DNA from: an uncultured Acetatifactor sp.
GTDB taxonomy: Bacteria; Bacillota; Clostridia; Lachnospirales; Lachnospiraceae
Direction of reading: 5' to 3'
DNA: 64,000 nucleotides
Assembly (NCBI GenBank): GCA_964588645.1
Contig: CAZPRB010000003.1
Span: 9,553 to 73,552, forward strand
Below are positions 9,592-19,145 of the stretch, in pieces. The position numbers and the translations under genes are program-made. Below the pieces are notes generated by a model. It was not told the origin of the DNA. It did not search any database and worked only from the letters and a program-made list of their open reading frames with translations. How positions within the stretch are numbered: the stretch's first letter is position 1; every line of letters starts with the position of its first letter.

Positions 9592-10504
9592 CGGGGAAGA
9601 GCAGATGCCAGCCCAGATAGTACAAAACGGTCAACAGGGTTAAGAACAGCCTGTGCATGACGTAGCGGTTGATGGACAAGGGTGTTTCCCGGATACAGCT
9701 ATTAGTCTGTGCAATGCAGGAAAAACCCCCAAAGGGTAGCAAAAGCAGGCAATATAACGGAAATTTCCCTCCTGACAGCTTCAACCCACCGGTGATTTCC
9801 AGCAGCGGAGCTATCAGGCTTGGTTTCTCACCCAGCAGAATATGGAAAACAAGGTTTAAAAGATTACATAAAATCATATATCCCCCGAGGTTTAAAATGC
9901 TTTGCACGGAGGAGGTGATGGAGGCATCTACCTCATTCAGCAGCTTAGGACTTGACCGGGGAGAATGGGAGGAACTCTCAGAGGCCTTTTGGGCATCGGG
10001 GAGACCAAGGTCACGATACACAGTGTATCGTAACAGGAGTCCGTAGAGCAGGGGAATCCCATACATACCGATGATATACGGAAGTATCAGCTGTCTGTTC
10101 AGCAGAGGCAGAACATAGCCGGCAAAGTACACAGGTCCGATATTATTACAGAATGCAAGAAGGAATTCAGCCTCCCTGACGGGAAGCATTTCCCGCTTCA
10201 AAAGGTCTGAAATGGTCTTGGCTCCCATGGGGAATCCGCATAAATAACCGATAATCATTGCATAGCACGCATTCTCGGAGATGCGATACAAAGGCTTGAT
10301 GACAGGATACAGCAGTTTGGAAAAAGCAGAGGTCAGATGCATTCGTACCATGATACCGGACAGAATCATAAACGGGAAAAGTGTCGGTACCATTTTGTTA
10401 AACCACAAATCAAGACCGATGCATGCGTACATCAGGCTTAAATCGGAATGTGTCAGGATACAGCCTGTAAGTATCAAAAAGAGAAGGATATATAGTATTT
10501 TCAT
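9575..10504 (-). CDS. YlbJ-like sporulation integral membrane protein
   Basis: GLDLWFNKMVPTLFPF, GYLCGFPMGAK and LEITGG motifs; ATG 10504 follows GAGGTG; sigma-E-like promoter upstream. Confidence 0.8.
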   Translation of the reverse strand: MKILYILLFLILTGCILTHSDLSLMYACIGLDLWFNKMVPTLFPFMILSGIMVRMHLTSAFSKLLYPVIKPLYRISENACYAMIIGYLCGFPMGAKTISDLLKREMLPVREAEFLLAFCNNIGPVYFAGYVLPLLNRQLILPYIIGMYGIPLLYGLLLRYTVYRDLGLPDAQKASESSSHSPRSSPKLLNEVDASITSSVQSILNLGGYMILCNLLNLVFHILLGEKPSLIAPLLEITGGLKLSGGKFPLYCLLLLPFGGFSCIAQTNSCIRETPLSINRYVMHRLFLTLLTVLYYLGWHLLFPASFLR

Positions 10505-10524
10505 TTTGTCAGCCACCTCGTTTC

Positions 10525-10551
10525 AATATATGAGGCAGCCTTCGGATTTAT
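10525..10551 (-). promoter_or_regulatory. Sigma-E-type mother-cell promoter
   Basis: Minus strand ATA-N16-CATATATT upstream of the ylbJ-like gene. Confidence 0.65.
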
Positions 10552-10594
10552 TTGTGGTTTTCCACAGAAGGAAAGGGATTGAGCATACGTTTTG

Positions 10595-11305
10595 ATGAGA
10601 TTGGATAAATTTTTGTGTGAGATGAATATTGGTAGCAGAAGTCAGGTAAAGGCTTATTTGAAGCAGGGTATGGTGACGGTAAATGAGGTGGTTGTCCAAT
10701 CACCCGAGCAGAAGCTTGACCAGTTTCGGGACGTGGTGACCTTTCGGGGTCGGGTGCTTTCGTATCAGCAATACCACTATTATATGCTGAACAAACCGGG
10801 TGGGGTGATTTCCGCCACCAAGGACAGGGTATCTGCCACCGTGATGGATTTGCTGCCGGCAGAAATCCGCAAAAATTTATTCCCGGTGGGCAGACTGGAC
10901 AAGGATACAGAGGGGTTGCTTCTGCTTACCGATGACGGAGAACTGGCACACAGGCTGCTTTCTCCGGCTAAGCATGTGGATAAGACCTATCTGGTACAGG
11001 TGGTAAGACCTATTTCTCCTGAGGACTGTAGAGCTCTGGAAGCCGGCGTGGATATCGGGGAAGAGAAGCTGACCGGACCTGCCGTGGCGGAGCCTTTGCA
11101 GGAGCGTGAGCTCCTGCTGACCATACAGGAGGGGAAATTTCATCAGGTGAAGCGGATGCTTCAGGCAGTTGGGAACGAAGTGACTGCTTTAAAGCGTGTG
11201 AGCTTCGCAGGTCTTACTTTAGATGAGACATTAAAGCCCGGGGAATACCGGGAATTGACGGATAGGGAGGTTCGCAGCTTACATGAAGCAGATGCTAAAG
11301 GATAA
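10595..11305 (+). CDS. RsuA-family rRNA pseudouridine synthase
   Basis: MRLDKFL S4 domain; LNKP, VGRLDKDTEGLLLLTDDG and EGKFHQVKRM motifs. Confidence 0.93.
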   Translation: MRLDKFLCEMNIGSRSQVKAYLKQGMVTVNEVVVQSPEQKLDQFRDVVTFRGRVLSYQQYHYYMLNKPGGVISATKDRVSATVMDLLPAEIRKNLFPVGRLDKDTEGLLLLTDDGELAHRLLSPAKHVDKTYLVQVVRPISPEDCRALEAGVDIGEEKLTGPAVAEPLQERELLLTIQEGKFHQVKRMLQAVGNEVTALKRVSFAGLTLDETLKPGEYRELTDREVRSLHEADAKG

Positions 11306-11936
11306 AGAGGCCGTTATTTTTGACTTGGATGGTTCTCTCGTGGATTCCATGTGGATGTGGCGGGAGATTGATATCGAATATTTGGGGCGCTTTGGCATTC
11401 CGTTACCGGAGAAGCTTCAGGCTGATATTGAAGGAATGAGCTTCAGTGAAACCGCTGTGTATTTCAAGGAGCGGTTTGCTCTTCCGGATTCCCTGGAGCA
11501 GATAAAATCCGATTGGAACAGGATGGCATGGGACAAATACACCTACGAAGTACCCTTAAAGCCCGGCATCAAAGAGTTTTTACAGGGCTGTAAGGAGCAT
11601 CATATCAAGCTGGGTATTGCCACAAGCAATTCCAGAGAATTGGTGGACAATATTGCCAAGGTACACGGGCTGGATGATGATTTCGATTGCATCATGACAG
11701 GCTGTGAGGTATCTAAGGGAAAGCCTGCTCCCGATATTTATCTTGCAGTGGCCAAACGGCTTGGGGTGATGCCAGAGAAATGTCTTGTTTTTGAGGATAT
11801 TGTTCCGGGCATTATGGCAGGGAAGAATGCAGGAATGCAGGTGTGTGCGGTGGAGGATGAATACTCCGTGCCGGACAGAGCCGCAAAGCAGGAATTGGCG
11901 GACTATTATATTGAGAATTTCTACGGTTTGTTTTAA
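11283..11936 (+). CDS. HAD-superfamily phosphatase (IA)
   Basis: FDLDGSLVDS, ATS, KPAPDIY and FED motifs. Confidence 0.9.
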   Translation: MKQMLKDKEAVIFDLDGSLVDSMWMWREIDIEYLGRFGIPLPEKLQADIEGMSFSETAVYFKERFALPDSLEQIKSDWNRMAWDKYTYEVPLKPGIKEFLQGCKEHHIKLGIATSNSRELVDNIAKVHGLDDDFDCIMTGCEVSKGKPAPDIYLAVAKRLGVMPEKCLVFEDIVPGIMAGKNAGMQVCAVEDEYSVPDRAAKQELADYYIENFYGLF

Positions 11937-11987
11937 GCTTTTCAGAGTGGATTTTGCAGTGAGTGTAATGAGATAGGAGTAATTCTT

Positions 11988-13937
11988 TTGAACAATGGAT
12001 TTTTACCGGTTTCCCGGGAAGATATGAGAGAAAGAGGAATCGAACAGCTGGATTTTGTATATGTGGTGGGGGATGCCTATGTGGATCATCCTTCCTTTGG
12101 ACACGCTATTATCAGCCGTGTTCTGGAAGCCCACGGATATCATGTGGGTATTATTTCACAGCCGGATTGGAAGGATGACAAAAGTGTAACCATTCTGGGA
12201 CGCCCCAGACTTGGTTTCCTCATTTCCGCCGGCAATATGGACAGCTGTGTGAATCATTACTCTGTTTCCAAGAAACGGCGTGCTACGGATGCCTACACGC
12301 CGGGAGGCGTCATGGGGAAACGTCCGGATCATGCAACAGTGGTATACGGAAACCTGATTCGGAAAAACTATAAGGATGTACCCATTATCATCGGAGGTAT
12401 CGAAGCGAGTCTGCGCAGAATGGCACATTATGATTATTGGAGCGACAGCTTCAAGCGTTCTATTCTGCTGGACAGTCAGGCAGATATCATATCCTACGGC
12501 ATGGGAGAGCGGTCCATTGTGGAAATTGCAGATGCCCTGGCAAGCGGTATTGCAGTGAAGGATATCGGATTTATTCCCGGAACCGTGTATAAGACCAAGG
12601 ATATCTCCGGCGTGTATGATGCTTGTATGCTTCCCTCCTATGAGGAGATGAAGGAGAGGAAGGAGCTCTACGCCAAAAGCTTTTCCATGCAGTACGAAAA
12701 TACGGATGCCTGTACCGGTAAGGTGCTGATTGAGCCCTATCCCAATCAGGTGTATGTGGTGCAGAATCCTCCGCAGCCTCCCCTCACCACGGAGGAAATG
12801 GATGCGGTATATGACTTGCCTTATATGAGAACCTATCATCCCTCCTATGAGGAGGCGGGTGGAGTACCTGCTATTTCGGAAATCAAGTTTTCCTTAATCA
12901 GCAACAGAGGATGCTTCGGCGGATGCAGCTTCTGTGCCTTGACCTTTCATCAGGGACGTACCATACAGGTACGCAGCCATGAGTCCATTCTCAAGGAAGC
13001 AGAATTGCTGATTCAAGATCCGGAATTTAAAGGGTATATTCATGATGTGGGCGGTCCCACCGCCAATTTCAGACATCCCTCCTGCGAGAAGCAGCTGACA
13101 CAGGGTGTCTGCAAGAACAGACAGTGCCTGTTTCCCGGCCCCTGTAAGAACCTGCGGGCAGACCATTCCGATTATCTGGCACTTCTTCGGAAGCTAAGGG
13201 CGCTTCCGGGAGTGAAAAAGGTTTTCATCCGCTCCGGAATCCGATTTGATTATCTGCTGGCAGACCCGGATGATACCTTCTTTCGGGAATTGGTGGAGCA
13301 CCATATCAGCGGTCAGCTGAAGGTGGCACCGGAGCACATTTCCGATGTGGTTTTAAGACGTCTGGGCAAGCCGGAGAATGCGGTGTATGAGCGTTTTGTT
13401 GAGAAATACAAAAAAATCAACCGGCAGCTGGGAAAAAATCAGTTTCTGGTGCCCTATTTAATGTCCTCCCATCCCGGTTCCACCTTAAAGGAAGCTATAG
13501 AGCTTGCTGAATATTTGCGTGATTTGGGGTATATGCCGGAGCAGGTGCAGGATTTTTATCCTACCCCCTCCACCCTTTCCACGGTGATGTATTACACAGG
13601 TCTGGACCCCAGGGATATGAAGCCGGTGTATGTTTGCCGCAATCCTCATGAAAAGGCTATGCAGCGGGCTTTAATCCAGTATCGCAATCCCCAAAATTAC
13701 GATTTGGTTTATGAGGCACTGACGGTAGCCGGCAGAACGGACTTAATCGGCTTTGACAAGAAATGCCTGATTCGTCCCAGAAGGTTGTCCGGAGAGAAGG
13801 TCTCTTACGGGAAGAAGCCTACCGGTAAAGCCTGTTCCGGAAACGGTCAGAAGAAATCCGGCAATGAAAACTTCAGAAATGTACAAAAGAAAGCCGGCAA
13901 GAAAAAGACAATCCGAAATGTCCATAAGAAGAAATAA
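11988..13937 (+). CDS. YgiQ-family radical SAM protein
   Basis: [19 protein letters not shown] and QVQDFYPTP motifs; TTG start after AGGAG. Confidence 0.95.
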   Translation: MNNGFLPVSREDMRERGIEQLDFVYVVGDAYVDHPSFGHAIISRVLEAHGYHVGIISQPDWKDDKSVTILGRPRLGFLISAGNMDSCVNHYSVSKKRRATDAYTPGGVMGKRPDHATVVYGNLIRKNYKDVPIIIGGIEASLRRMAHYDYWSDSFKRSILLDSQADIISYGMGERSIVEIADALASGIAVKDIGFIPGTVYKTKDISGVYDACMLPSYEEMKERKELYAKSFSMQYENTDACTGKVLIEPYPNQVYVVQNPPQPPLTTEEMDAVYDLPYMRTYHPSYEEAGGVPAISEIKFSLISNRGCFGGCSFCALTFHQGRTIQVRSHESILKEAELLIQDPEFKGYIHDVGGPTANFRHPSCEKQLTQGVCKNRQCLFPGPCKNLRADHSDYLALLRKLRALPGVKKVFIRSGIRFDYLLADPDDTFFRELVEHHISGQLKVAPEHISDVVLRRLGKPENAVYERFVEKYKKINRQLGKNQFLVPYLMSSHPGSTLKEAIELAEYLRDLGYMPEQVQDFYPTPSTLSTVMYYTGLDPRDMKPVYVCRNPHEKAMQRALIQYRNPQNYDLVYEALTVAGRTDLIGFDKKCLIRPRRLSGEKVSYGKKPTGKACSGNGQKKSGNENFRNVQKKAGKKKTIRNVHKKK

Positions 13938-13988
13938 GGAAAGCTTGTGAACAATATAGAACATAGTATTCGGAAAGGAATTAAGAGT

Positions 13989-14768
13989 ATGAATGTGGTT
14001 GTGATTACAGGTGCCTCCTCCGGTATCGGCAGGGAGTTTGCACTGCAGATGGATTCTTATTTTCCCCATATTGATGAGTTCTGGCTGATTGCCAGAAGGC
14101 GCAAGGAGCTGGAGAAAACCGCTGCACTTCTGAAACATAAGACCAGAATTCTTTCAATGGATATCACAAAGGATGCCCAGCTGGAAAGACTGGAGGACAC
14201 CTTAAGAGATAAGCATGCAGTGGTCAGAATGTTGATTAACTGCGCAGGCTATGGTATCATGGGAGCGTTTGCGGAGCAGGACAGAGGAGGGGAGCTTGGC
14301 ATGGTCCGCTTAAACTGTGAAGCGCTGACGAATATTACCCATCGTCTGATTCCCTATATGAGAAGGGGCAGCCGTATCATTCAGCTGGCCTCCGGCGCCG
14401 CTTTTCTTCCTCAGGAGGATTTCGCGGTATATGCAGCTTCCAAAGCCTATGTCTTAAGCTTCTCTAAAGCCTTACATCAGGAGCTGCTGGAACAGGAAAT
14501 CTATGTAACCGCTGTATGCCCCGGTCCCGTAGACACTCCCTTTTTTGACATTGCGGAAAGAACCGGCTCCACACTTGCCATCAAGAAATTTACCATGGTG
14601 GACGCACGGAGAGTTGTGAAAGATGCGCTTCGGGATTCTTATAATAAGAGAAGCATTTCCGTATGCAGTCTGCCCATTAAGGCCTTCCGGCTGATGAGTA
14701 AGATAGTTCCTTCCTGCCTGCTCTTAAGCGGCATGAAGGTGCTGAAGCATCATAATAAGAAGCCATAA
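13989..14768 (+). CDS. Short-chain dehydrogenase/reductase
   Basis: TGASSGIG, INCAG, YAASK and CPGPVDT motifs. Confidence 0.92.
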   Translation: MNVVVITGASSGIGREFALQMDSYFPHIDEFWLIARRRKELEKTAALLKHKTRILSMDITKDAQLERLEDTLRDKHAVVRMLINCAGYGIMGAFAEQDRGGELGMVRLNCEALTNITHRLIPYMRRGSRIIQLASGAAFLPQEDFAVYAASKAYVLSFSKALHQELLEQEIYVTAVCPGPVDTPFFDIAERTGSTLAIKKFTMVDARRVVKDALRDSYNKRSISVCSLPIKAFRLMSKIVPSCLLLSGMKVLKHHNKKP

Positions 14769-14836
14769 CAAAAGCACAATAACAGGATAGCATTGAAACA
14801 GGAGTACAGAATATCAGATAACGGAGAAGAAGGTAC

Positions 14837-15421
14837 ATGCAATTAATGAGAATGTTTTCCAACGACAAATATAAGGGGACAAGAAATTATTTAAACACCC
14901 AAAAGAGATATGAGGTGTTACGCACGATTCTTTATTTCGGCATTTCCCTGTCCCTTTTCATAGCAGGATATATAGCCACCGGCGACCGTATGAATCTGCT
15001 GACGGTAGTAGCTGTTCTGGGCTGCCTTCCCGCCAGCAAAAGTGCAGTAAGTATGATTATGTATTTGCGGTATCGCGGCTGCAGTGCAGAGAATGCGGAC
15101 AGGATAGAGAAGCATTCCCGGGGGCTGGAGACCCTCTATGATATGGTGTTTACCTCCTATGACAGGAATTATCAGGTGGCACATATGACTGTGAAGGGGA
15201 ATACCATCTGTGGATTTACGCAGGATAAGGATTTTGCCGAGCAGGCATTTTACAAGCATATCGGAGATATGTTGAAGGCCGACAATTACAAGGAAGCTTC
15301 GGTGAAAATCTTCACGGATATTCAGAAATACACGGAGCGTCTGGAGCAAATGAAGGAGTTGGATGCAGCGGAGGGAAATACTGCCGGCATCCTGCACACC
15401 TTAAAGAGCGTTTCTTTATAA
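14837..15421 (+). CDS. Hypothetical membrane protein (two N-terminal TM helices)
   Basis: 194-aa ORF with RBS and host-like codon usage; hydrophobic segments near the N-terminus. Confidence 0.75.
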   Translation: MQLMRMFSNDKYKGTRNYLNTQKRYEVLRTILYFGISLSLFIAGYIATGDRMNLLTVVAVLGCLPASKSAVSMIMYLRYRGCSAENADRIEKHSRGLETLYDMVFTSYDRNYQVAHMTVKGNTICGFTQDKDFAEQAFYKHIGDMLKADNYKEASVKIFTDIQKYTERLEQMKELDAAEGNTAGILHTLKSVSL

Positions 15422-15501
15422 TAGAGAAGAAGAGATACTTCAAAGCTTACATAAAAAACCGGCATAGCAGTATATGAGCAATGCAGAAAGGTTGCGGTAT
15501 T

Positions 15502-16554
15502 ATGCAGTCTGTGATGATAGGTAACAATCAGGCAGGTCAGCGGCTGGACAAGTTCCTGCACAAATATCTGCCGGCGGCAGGGACAAGCTTCCTGTACAAA
15601 ATGCTTCGAAAAAAGAATATTACGTTGAACGGCAGGAAGGCGGAAGGAAAGGAAATGCTTGCAAAGGGGGATGAGGTGCAGTTTTTCTTCTCAGAGGAAA
15701 CCTTCGCTAAGTTTTCCGGCAGAACGACCGGCAAATCCGATGCATTCGGGAAGGTGGCTGGGAATGCATCCCCTCAGGCTGCCGAATACCTTCGTGCCTA
15801 TTCTGTCATCCGTGGCGTTCAGGTGCTTTATGAGGATGAACATGTCATTTTGTTGAACAAGCCGGTAGGGGTACTGACGCAGAAAGCTTCCCCGAAGGAT
15901 TCCTCCCTGAATGAATGGCTGATTGGATATTTGCTGGAAAGCGGTGCCATTACGGCGGAGGAGCTTCGCAGCTTCCGACCGTCCGTAGCAAACCGTCTGG
16001 ACCGTAATACCAGCGGCATTGTGCTTTGCGGCAAATCTCTTGCAGGCTCTCAGGCATTGAGCCGTATCATCAAGGAGAGAAGTCTTCAGAAATACTATCA
16101 TACCGTATGTGCGGGGGATTTGGACCGGGAACAGCATTTAAAAGGATATTTACATAAGGATGAGGAAAGCAATAAGGTAACTGTTCGGGAGGAATTGCCG
16201 CAGGATGGCAGGGAAGAGACTTACAGCCCTATCGAAACCTCCTACCGGCCTCTTCGCAGGAATCATGGGTATACCCTGTTGGAGGTAGAACTGATTACCG
16301 GCAAAACCCATCAGATTCGTTCTCATTTAGCATTTATCGGTCACCCCATCATAGGAGACGGAAAATACGGAGCACAGCAATCCAATCGGGTCTTTCGCGA
16401 AGAATATTCCCTGAAGCATCAGCTCCTGCATGCTTATCGGGTTGTTTTTCCAAAGGAGGGCGGTATCCTTGCACCGCTGAGCGGCAGGGAGGTGGTTGCA
16501 CCCTACCCCAAGCTTTTTGCCCGAGTGGTATCGGATTTGTTTGCGGAAGCATGA
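15502..16554 (+). CDS. RluA-family (RluC/D-like) pseudouridine synthase
   Basis: GQRLDKFL S4 domain; NKP, NRLDRNTSG, TGKTHQIR and GDGKYG motifs. Confidence 0.93.
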   Translation: MQSVMIGNNQAGQRLDKFLHKYLPAAGTSFLYKMLRKKNITLNGRKAEGKEMLAKGDEVQFFFSEETFAKFSGRTTGKSDAFGKVAGNASPQAAEYLRAYSVIRGVQVLYEDEHVILLNKPVGVLTQKASPKDSSLNEWLIGYLLESGAITAEELRSFRPSVANRLDRNTSGIVLCGKSLAGSQALSRIIKERSLQKYYHTVCAGDLDREQHLKGYLHKDEESNKVTVREELPQDGREETYSPIETSYRPLRRNHGYTLLEVELITGKTHQIRSHLAFIGHPIIGDGKYGAQQSNRVFREEYSLKHQLLHAYRVVFPKEGGILAPLSGREVVAPYPKLFARVVSDLFAEA

Positions 16555-16591
16555 ATTTGTGATATTTTTGCAGATAGAAAGGCGCATCGCT

Positions 16592-17122
16592 ATGGCTACT
16601 TGGAATTCCAGAGGACTTCGCGGTTCCACCCTGGAGGACATGATTAACAGAACAAATGAGAAATATGAGGCCGGCGGTCTGGCACTGATTCAGAAGGTTC
16701 CCACCCCCATAACGCCCATCAAGATGGATAAGGAGCACAGACAGATTACCCTTGCCTATTTTGAACAGAAGAGTACCGTGGACTACATCGGTGCAGTGCA
16801 GGGGATTCCGGTATGCTTTGACGCAAAGGAATGTGCGGTGGATACCTTTTCCCTGCAGAATATCCATGAGCACCAGGTGGAATTCATGCGAAAATTTGAA
16901 GCCCAGGGGGGCATCGCCTTTTTCCTGATTTACTATACCCATAAGGATGTGCTGTATTATCTGCCCTATGAAATGCTGCGCTTCTTCTGGGACAGAGCGA
17001 AGGAGGGCGGCAGGAAAAGCTTCCGTTATGAGGAGCTGAATCCGGAATATATTCTTCCCAAGAAGCACGGCATTTTAGTGCCTTATCTGGATATGCTCCG
17101 GAAGGATTTGGAGGAGCGTTAA
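16592..17122 (+). CDS. recU: Holliday junction resolvase RecU
   Basis: RGSTLE, KVPTP, STVDYIG, FDAKE and HQ motifs; start at ATG 16592. Confidence 0.93.
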   Translation: MATWNSRGLRGSTLEDMINRTNEKYEAGGLALIQKVPTPITPIKMDKEHRQITLAYFEQKSTVDYIGAVQGIPVCFDAKECAVDTFSLQNIHEHQVEFMRKFEAQGGIAFFLIYYTHKDVLYYLPYEMLRFFWDRAKEGGRKSFRYEELNPEYILPKKHGILVPYLDMLRKDLEER

Positions 17123-17130
17123 AGAAAGCC

Positions 17131-17159
17131 TTGACAGATATGCTTTCTTTCGTTATACT
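17131..17159 (+). promoter_or_regulatory. Sigma-A promoter of the his operon
   Basis: TTGACA-17-TATACT. Confidence 0.88.
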
Positions 17160-17165
17160 ACTAGA

Positions 17166-17201
17166 TAGTTTAATTTGCTACCATGGTAGCGTACTAAAGT
17201 G
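17166..17201. promoter_or_regulatory. Tandem HisR (TrpR/YerC-like) operator
   Basis: 36-bp imperfect palindrome centred on perfect GCTACCATGGTAGC, outer arms TAGTTTA and TAAAGTG, located at the transcription start. Confidence 0.7.
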
Positions 17202-17243
17202 CCGTGTATGGAACCGGCATGAAATGAGATGAATGAGGTAACT

Positions 17244-18386
17244 ATGAGCACAAAATTACTACATACACCTGAGGGTGTCAGGGATATTTACGGACAGGAA
17301 TATGAGAAAAAGCTGTGTGTGGAGGAGAAAATACACAGTGTCATCAAGGCTTACGGATATGAGGATATTCAGACACCAACCTTTGAATTCTTTGATGTAT
17401 TTTCTAAGGAAATCGGTACCACACCCAGCAAGGAGTTATACAAGTTCTTCGATAAAGAAGGAAATACCTTGGTACTGCGTCCGGATTTCACACCTTCCAT
17501 CGCACGATGTGCGGCGAAATATTTCATGGAAGAGCAGGTGCCCATCCGTTTCAGTTATATGGGGAATACCTTTACGAACACCTCCAATCTGCAGGGAAAA
17601 TTAAAAGAGGTCACTCAGATGGGTGCGGAATTGATTAACGACACCTCTGTGGAGGCGGATGCGGAAATTATCAGCCTGGTGATTGAGGCTATGAAGAATA
17701 CCGGTCTGGAGCGTTTCCAGATAAGCATCGGTGAGGTGGAATATTTCAAAGGTCTCTGTGAGGAAGCCGGTTTTGACGAGGAGACCGAAATGAACCTTCG
17801 CGCCTGCATCTCCGGCAAGAATTATTTTGCAGCACAGGAATTACTGAATGAGCGCAATGTGGCGGAGCCCTATCGCAGCATTTTGCTTCAGGTTGCGGAT
17901 ATGTTCGGCAATATGACTTCTCTGGCAGCTGCTAAGGCGCTGGTGAAGAATCAGCGCTCTCTGAATGCCATTGAGCGGCTGGAAAAGCTGTATGAGGTCT
18001 TAAAGCTGTATGGCGTTGCAGAGTATGTATCCTTTGACTTAGGGATGCTCAGCAAATACAATTATTACACAGGTGTCATTTTTAAAGCCTATACCTATGG
18101 AGTTGGCGACGCAGTTGTCAAGGGCGGAAGATATAACAATCTGTTGAAGCAATTCGGAAAGGAAGCCCCCGCCATCGGTTTTGTGGTGGTGATTGATGAT
18201 ATGATGGAGGCACTGTCCAGACAAAGGGTAAGCCATGAGCTTCCTTCCAAGAAACAGCAGATTACCTATGAGACGGATAATACGAAGGATTTCAGCGAGA
18301 AGCTGAAGCAGGCTCAGAAGCTGCGCAGGGAGGGTATCGCCGTGGAGCTTGTTCCGCTGAAGCAATCAGCTGAAGGAATCAGTTGA
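17244..18386 (+). CDS. hisZ: ATP phosphoribosyltransferase regulatory subunit
   Basis: TPEGVRD, LRPDFT, QMGAE, YYTG and GGRY motifs (HisRS-like); precedes a short hisG. Confidence 0.96.
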   Translation: MSTKLLHTPEGVRDIYGQEYEKKLCVEEKIHSVIKAYGYEDIQTPTFEFFDVFSKEIGTTPSKELYKFFDKEGNTLVLRPDFTPSIARCAAKYFMEEQVPIRFSYMGNTFTNTSNLQGKLKEVTQMGAELINDTSVEADAEIISLVIEAMKNTGLERFQISIGEVEYFKGLCEEAGFDEETEMNLRACISGKNYFAAQELLNERNVAEPYRSILLQVADMFGNMTSLAAAKALVKNQRSLNAIERLEKLYEVLKLYGVAEYVSFDLGMLSKYNYYTGVIFKAYTYGVGDAVVKGGRYNNLLKQFGKEAPAIGFVVVIDDMMEALSRQRVSHELPSKKQQITYETDNTKDFSEKLKQAQKLRREGIAVELVPLKQSAEGIS

Positions 18387-18395
18387 AGCAATCAA
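18357..18395. repeat. Three tandem 13-bp self-complementary units
   Basis: CTGAAGCAATCAG CTGAAGGAATCAG TTGAAGCAATCAA. Confidence 0.8.
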
Positions 18396-18453
18396 AGGAA
18401 TGAAGATAAATAAGGTTTGAAGAAATGATAGGAAATAAAGGAATGTTAAACGT

Positions 18454-19098
18454 ATGAGTGATGAGAGATATTTAACCTTTGCACTGGGCAAGGGCAGACT
18501 GGCAAATAAAACCCTGGAATTGTTCGAGCAGCTTGGCATTACCTGCGAAGAGATGAAGGATAAGGATTCCAGAAAATTGATTTTTGTAAATGAAGAATTG
18601 AAGCTTCGTTTTTTCCTTGCAAAGGGTCCTGATGTTCCCACCTATGTGGAGTACGGTGCGGCCGATATCGGTGTAGTTGGCAAGGATACCATCATGGAGG
18701 AAAACCGCAATGTTTTTGAGGTGCTGGATTTAGGCTTCGGAAAATGCCGTATGTGCGTATGCGGCCCCGAATCTGTGAGAGAGCTTTTACAGCATCACGA
18801 AAGAATCCGTGTTGCCAGCAAATATCCCGGGATTGCAAAGGATTATTTCTATAACAAAAAGCATCAAACGGTTGATATCATTAAATTGAACGGCTCTGTG
18901 GAGCTGGGCCCCTTGGTTGAGCTGTCCGATGTGATTGTGGATATTGTGGAGACCGGCTCCACACTGCATGAGAACGGCTTGACGGTACTGGAGGAGGTGT
19001 GTCCTCTCTCCGCCAGAATGATTGTAAACCCTGTGAGTATGCAGATGCAGACGGAGCGGATCAAGGAATTGATTACCGGTATCCGTGAAAAGCTTTAA
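18454..19098 (+). CDS. hisG: ATP phosphoribosyltransferase (short form)
   Basis: KGRL, DSRKL, GSVEL and DIVETGSTL motifs; 214 aa. Confidence 0.97.
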   Translation: MSDERYLTFALGKGRLANKTLELFEQLGITCEEMKDKDSRKLIFVNEELKLRFFLAKGPDVPTYVEYGAADIGVVGKDTIMEENRNVFEVLDLGFGKCRMCVCGPESVRELLQHHERIRVASKYPGIAKDYFYNKKHQTVDIIKLNGSVELGPLVELSDVIVDIVETGSTLHENGLTVLEEVCPLSARMIVNPVSMQMQTERIKELITGIREKL

Positions 19099-19145
19099 GC
19101 CTGTGCAAGGCTTACTACAGAGAAAAGGAAAGGCAGAGAAGTATT

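Noticed and set aside
9400-9660. 86-aa ORF with AQK repeats
   Set aside because: It is a translation of the minisatellite, overlaps both flanking genes and has no RBS.
17160-17243. T-box or leader-peptide attenuator for his
   Set aside because: The leader is too short and has no T-box sequence, His codon run or terminator.
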